Shown: positions 59,520 to 64,000 of the stretch, piece by piece | Position numbering within the stretch: the first letter of the stretch is position 1 | How the letters are laid out: each line of letters begins with the position of its first letter | DNA from: the human T2T-CHM13v2.0 reference genome, Homo sapiens | NCBI RefSeq assembly: GCF_009914755.1 | Contig: NC_060936.1 | Reading direction: 5' to 3' (one strand) | DNA: 64,000 bases | Position numbers and translations under genes: made by a program | The notes under the pieces: model-generated | Database searches by the model: none | Told to the model about the DNA's origin: nothing | What the model saw: only the letters and a program-made list of their open reading frames with translations

Positions 59520-60087
59520 GATGGGTTGACAGGGGAGACCTCTCTGAAAAGGCAGCATTTGAGCAGGAACTGGAAGAAACTGCAAGATGGATGCAACTCT
59601 CTAAGGGAACCGTCTTCCTGGAAGACGGGAAGAGCTAATGCAAAAGCTCCAGGGTACAAGTGTGCAGGGCAGGGCCTAGGAACACCAAGACTAATGTGAC
59701 TGGGGCCCCATGGGGAAGGAGTATGGGAGACAAAGTCAGATGCTTCAGGGCCTTGTAGACATCATAAGAACGTTGGCTTTTACTCTGAGTAAAGTGGCAC
59801 CACTGGAGGCTTTTGAACAGAGAAAATATATGATCTGACTTTTTAAAAGAGCACTATAGCTGTTGCACAGAAAACAGTTCACTGGGTATTGTCTGGGGGC
59901 AAGAACCAAAGCTGAGAGATGTTGCCCTCAGACAATTCTATACAAGATAAATAGTATAAAACCCCTAAATCCAAATTGGCAATTAGAAGTCTGCCATATG
60001 AATTAAAATGAACAACAGAATTCCCAAATATACCTATAGAGGAGTTCAAGACGATAGCACACAAATAATTATTAGTTTAGTCCCTCA

Positions 60088-60330
60088 TAGTGGTTCTCAA
60101 TTCTCAGAGACCATTTTGCCCCCTACCCTTACCCTGAGATAATTGGCAATGTCAAGGGAACTTTGTGGTTGTCATGACTGGTATGGGGTGGGAAGTGGGG
60201 AGAGTAACACTGGCATCTAATGGGTGGAGGCCAGGGACACTGCTAAACATCCTGTAATGTACAAGACACCCCACACAACAAAGAATTATCCAGCTCCAAC
60301 TATCAATAGTGTTGAGGTTGAAAACCCCTA
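60088..60330 (+). mobile_element. MER20 (hAT-Charlie)
   Basis: agtggttctcaa...tggcatctaatgggtggaggccagggacactgctaaacatcct...caacaaagaattatccagc...gttgaggttgaaaaccc. Confidence 0.88.
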
Positions 60331-61609
60331 TATTAATGTAAATATTCATTGTTCTCAGATTTCATTATTCTTAAACTTGCAATAAATATAAAATCAGAGA
60401 AGCACAAACTGAGTTGAATTGTCTTCCTTTTTGGCTAATCATTTAAAAGGCAAAAAATATTGTTGCTGTTTTACATTTAAGAACAACTTCTTGAGGTAAA
60501 AAAATGCATAGTGACCTGTGCTCTTAAATCAAAGCAGGAGATCCTTAGGGAAAAAGTGACATAAGAATGTTTCTGAGTTTGCAACAGGAAGACTTCAAAA
60601 TTGTTTTAATATGAAAATGTCATTTCAGGAAAACAAAAGCACCTGGCACAGATTTGCTTTGGGGAGGAAAATTCCTTTGAAAACCCAACTAGTTGTATAA
60701 TTAAGTGATAATGAATGCAGAGCTGTACTTTGTATTCCATTCCAGCACATTGGAGTTGAATCTAGGCTTGAAAAGCTAAATCCCTCAGTGCTCTGGCCTC
60801 TCATCAGTGAAGTGCAAATCAAGGCCTTTAACTGCTATAGAAGGGGTGGTTCCAAAAAAATGAACTACAAATATTATGTTTTCAAACTGTCTACTTTCAA
60901 ATGTATGCTGAGTTGTATGTGCAAGACTGCATTAAATAAAAAGAAATGTTTCACTGGAACAAGAAAGCAAGCTATCATATGTAATATTTTACATGATGGT
61001 TTATACATAATAGAATAATCTATTTTTTAAAAGAAAGAAGGGCTATTAATGTCCATTTTATAAGGCAAATAGGATTCTTAATCACTGGTGATTTCACTTA
61101 GAGAAAGACTAAATAATATATTTGTACTCTAGCTAATGTCATGTGTAAGAAAGATGAATGAGAGTAGATGCACGTGCTGGATTGAGTTTTTTGCTTGGTT
61201 ATAGAGATATGATGCAGTATAGATAGTACTTGGAAGTTTGGTTTAACAAAAATTGGATATACTTCTTTAAAATTACTGCAACAAAATCATGATGGGGATC
61301 TGTAAACATGAGAAGTTAATAACTTGATGTGCCATTTAATATTTACCATCATAACTAAAGGACATAATATAATCAGCCTGTGGCTAGCCAATCATTCAAA
61401 GAAGCCACTATCACTTGTAGTTTTTATCTTAATTTAAAATGAACAAACAGAAAGAGACAATTTTCATTTTGTTTCTATAAAAATTAGTATTTTCCCAAAA
61501 GGAGATTAAAACAAAGATTCCATATACAAATAACTTAGGAGTAAACCTGATGGAAAGCAACATAGACCATATGATACATATTCAAGTTCAAATAGCATTT
61601 TATAAACAT

Positions 61610-61964
61610 TATATTAGTCTGTTCTCACACTGCTATAAAGAAATGCCCAAGACCTGGTAATTTATAAAGAAAAGAGGTTTAATTGACTCACAGTTCCACA
61701 TGGCTGGAGAGGCCTCTGGAAACTTACAATCATGGTTGAAGGGGAAGCAGGCATGTCTTACATGGTGGCAGAAGAGAGAAGAGCAGGGGAAACTACCACT
61801 TATAAAACCATCAGATTTCATGAGAGCTCACTCACTATCATGAGAACAGCACAGAGGAAACAGCCCCAATGACCCAGTCACTTTCTACCAGGTCCCTCCC
61901 TTAACACATGTGGATTACAATTTGAGATGAGATTTGGGTGGGGACACAGAGCCAAACCATATCA
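61610..61964 (-). mobile_element. THE1D/MSTA-like solo LTR
   Basis: TATATTAGTCTGTTCTCACACTGCTATAAAG...ACACAGAGCCAAACCATATCA, perfect TSD AACAT. Confidence 0.9.
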
Positions 61965-63389
61965 AACATGCTTAAATGTCTGAAGAAAAACAGGACTTCA
62001 TAATAGGAAGGTAAACAAATGACAAAAGCAATAAGAAAACATAGTTATTGGTATCACACAAATAGTCTTCTACCTGATATAATAGAGAGCACGGGTTCTT
62101 GCATAGTTTTGAACATAGGAACAGACCATAGAGCAACAAAATCCTGGAAAGAAACCACCTGCCTGAGAGCTATTAAAGGGACTACCAAGAAAGACCAGGA
62201 CATGAATCAAACAAGGCTGCTTAAACTAGGCTGTGCATTAAAACTATTCTCTGCACTGTGGTAACATGTCAACATAAGGAAGAACTTTGGCAAAAAATCA
62301 GGTTGGTGACATAATAAGACCAATGGGATGGAGCAGCTGGATAGGATAAAACACAGGGAAAGAGGTGTTTTTTGTGTATTGGTTTTTGGTTTTTGGTTTT
62401 TTTGTAAACACATATACATCCAAGCCTGTATACTTGAGAACTTACTGGGTAAGGCAGACAAGTTGCTTTTTCTACTGACGCTAGTCAAACGAGTTTAGGA
62501 ATTAATCAGAATTACATATCCACATTGTCCCTTCCATCTGTGAGTCAACATCCCTGCAGAAACCGCACCATGAATTGAGAAGCATACAGTCTGCAGCCTG
62601 GATGACTTACCCATGAGATTTGGGTAGAATAAATAGTAAAGGCCTTTGAAATGCCTTTGCTGATGCCAAACATGAAATGTTGTCAGTCCACCTGAAGTTC
62701 AAAGAGTGGCAGGAGCCACCTGATGGATTACACAAATTACATTAGACCTTTTTAGGTAAGTGGTTGGAGAGTTAGATGAACCAACACTTCTTTTCTGATT
62801 TTTTTTTATTAAAAGACACCACAGTGGTACAAGAGAGGATGGCCTTTGGGAAGTGTATTGCCTTGAGCTATGCTTTGAATTATTTTTTTTCAATGAGAAT
62901 GTCTTTTTTCTCAAACTGGATTGTATGTTGCTTATGTTTCTCTGTTATCAACCTCCCATCTCCAGCATTTAGCTTTCCTTGATGGCTTTTAGCAAGGCGC
63001 TGCTCAGAGAAAAGAATAAAACTATAAAGAGTCACAGAGGACATTTTTAAGATTTGAAAGAAAACCCACAGAAAATAAAAAATTTTAATTTTTTTATTTT
63101 CTTTTTTCTAAAGGAGTGTGTAAATTGCTGGCATGTTTATGGATTATAACTCCATTTTTGTGGTTGTTTTTAACATCATGAATCAGAAAGTGAAAAAATA
63201 TGAGCAATATTCAAAAAGCAGTAGGAATATCTTAATGCCACTGAAGGCCCAGCAGAAATTAAAACTCGTTTATCAGAATATAAGAGTTACAGAAATTGTA
63301 AATCATGAGAAGATACACAGATGTTACTTTGAACTTCAAGCCATCAATTGGCTCACAGGCCTGCCACAGTCTACTGATGTATGGTCAGA

Positions 63390-63810
63390 GTTCTTGGTTG
63401 CAAATAACAGAATATATTTTGGCTAGTTTAAGCAGAATAGGAATGTATTAAAAGAAGCCAGGTAGCTCATGGAATCTGAGGGCCAAGGAGCCAGAAACTG
63501 AAGCCATTTAGCCAGGAAACCAAGCCATCCCATTGGATTCTCTAGTGAAATGTCACTACCACCACCATTCAGCATCAATCCTCCTTGGGACTAGACGCCA
63601 GAAACTCTTCTGCCAATGCCCCAGATGAAGTGGACACCATTGCCCCCGCCATGCCCAGAAGACTGACTCTCCCTTAAGTAGGGCAAACTCCCACATGTGA
63701 CGACATTTTTATCCTCTGAATCAAGTCTTATATGGGTGGTCCCAACTGGCAGAACCTAAGCCACACACCTGCATCCCAGGTACAAGGGAGTCCAGAGATG
63801 TGTTTTTGCC
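63390..63810 (-). mobile_element. Old MLT1 LTR fragment
   Basis: ttcttggttgcaaataacagaa...tggctagtttaagcagaa...ggcagaacctaagccacacacctgcatccc. Confidence 0.5.
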
Positions 63811-64000
63811 CTGAATATGTCCTTGAAAAGGACATATAAAGTTAGAAACTTTCACACTGTATAGAGAAATGTTCAAACATAGCAGGCAGCCACAAATGAC
63901 AAAAACCCTCTATGAATTCCAATCTATCTTTTTTAATCCGTATTTCTTCTGTCCAAACCTTCCCTTCCAGGCATCCTGATCTCTTTATTATTTCTTTTAC

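Overview
Primate (very likely human) genomic DNA, about half interspersed repeats (Alu, L1, L2, MIR, MaLR/ERVL LTRs, DNA transposons). No intact protein-coding exon can be supported. There is one CpG-island promoter-like region (~40.15-40.9 kb) whose host gene cannot be named from sequence alone, a full-length decayed L1PA with a nested AluY, and an 894-bp pure A/T tract. The main result is a ~3.1 kb retrocopy (~48,061-51,131). It looks like an ordinary GCDH processed pseudogene but derives from an unusual transcript. It keeps GCDH intron 1 and an extended exon 3, then runs past the normal GCDH poly(A) site and carries, antisense, two exons and the intact intervening intron of SYCE2, the tail-to-tail neighbour of GCDH. 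It was later hit by a MADE1 MITE and two local tandem duplications. Homology calls, exon numbering and repeat subfamilies come from recognition and recalled reference sequences, not from a database search.
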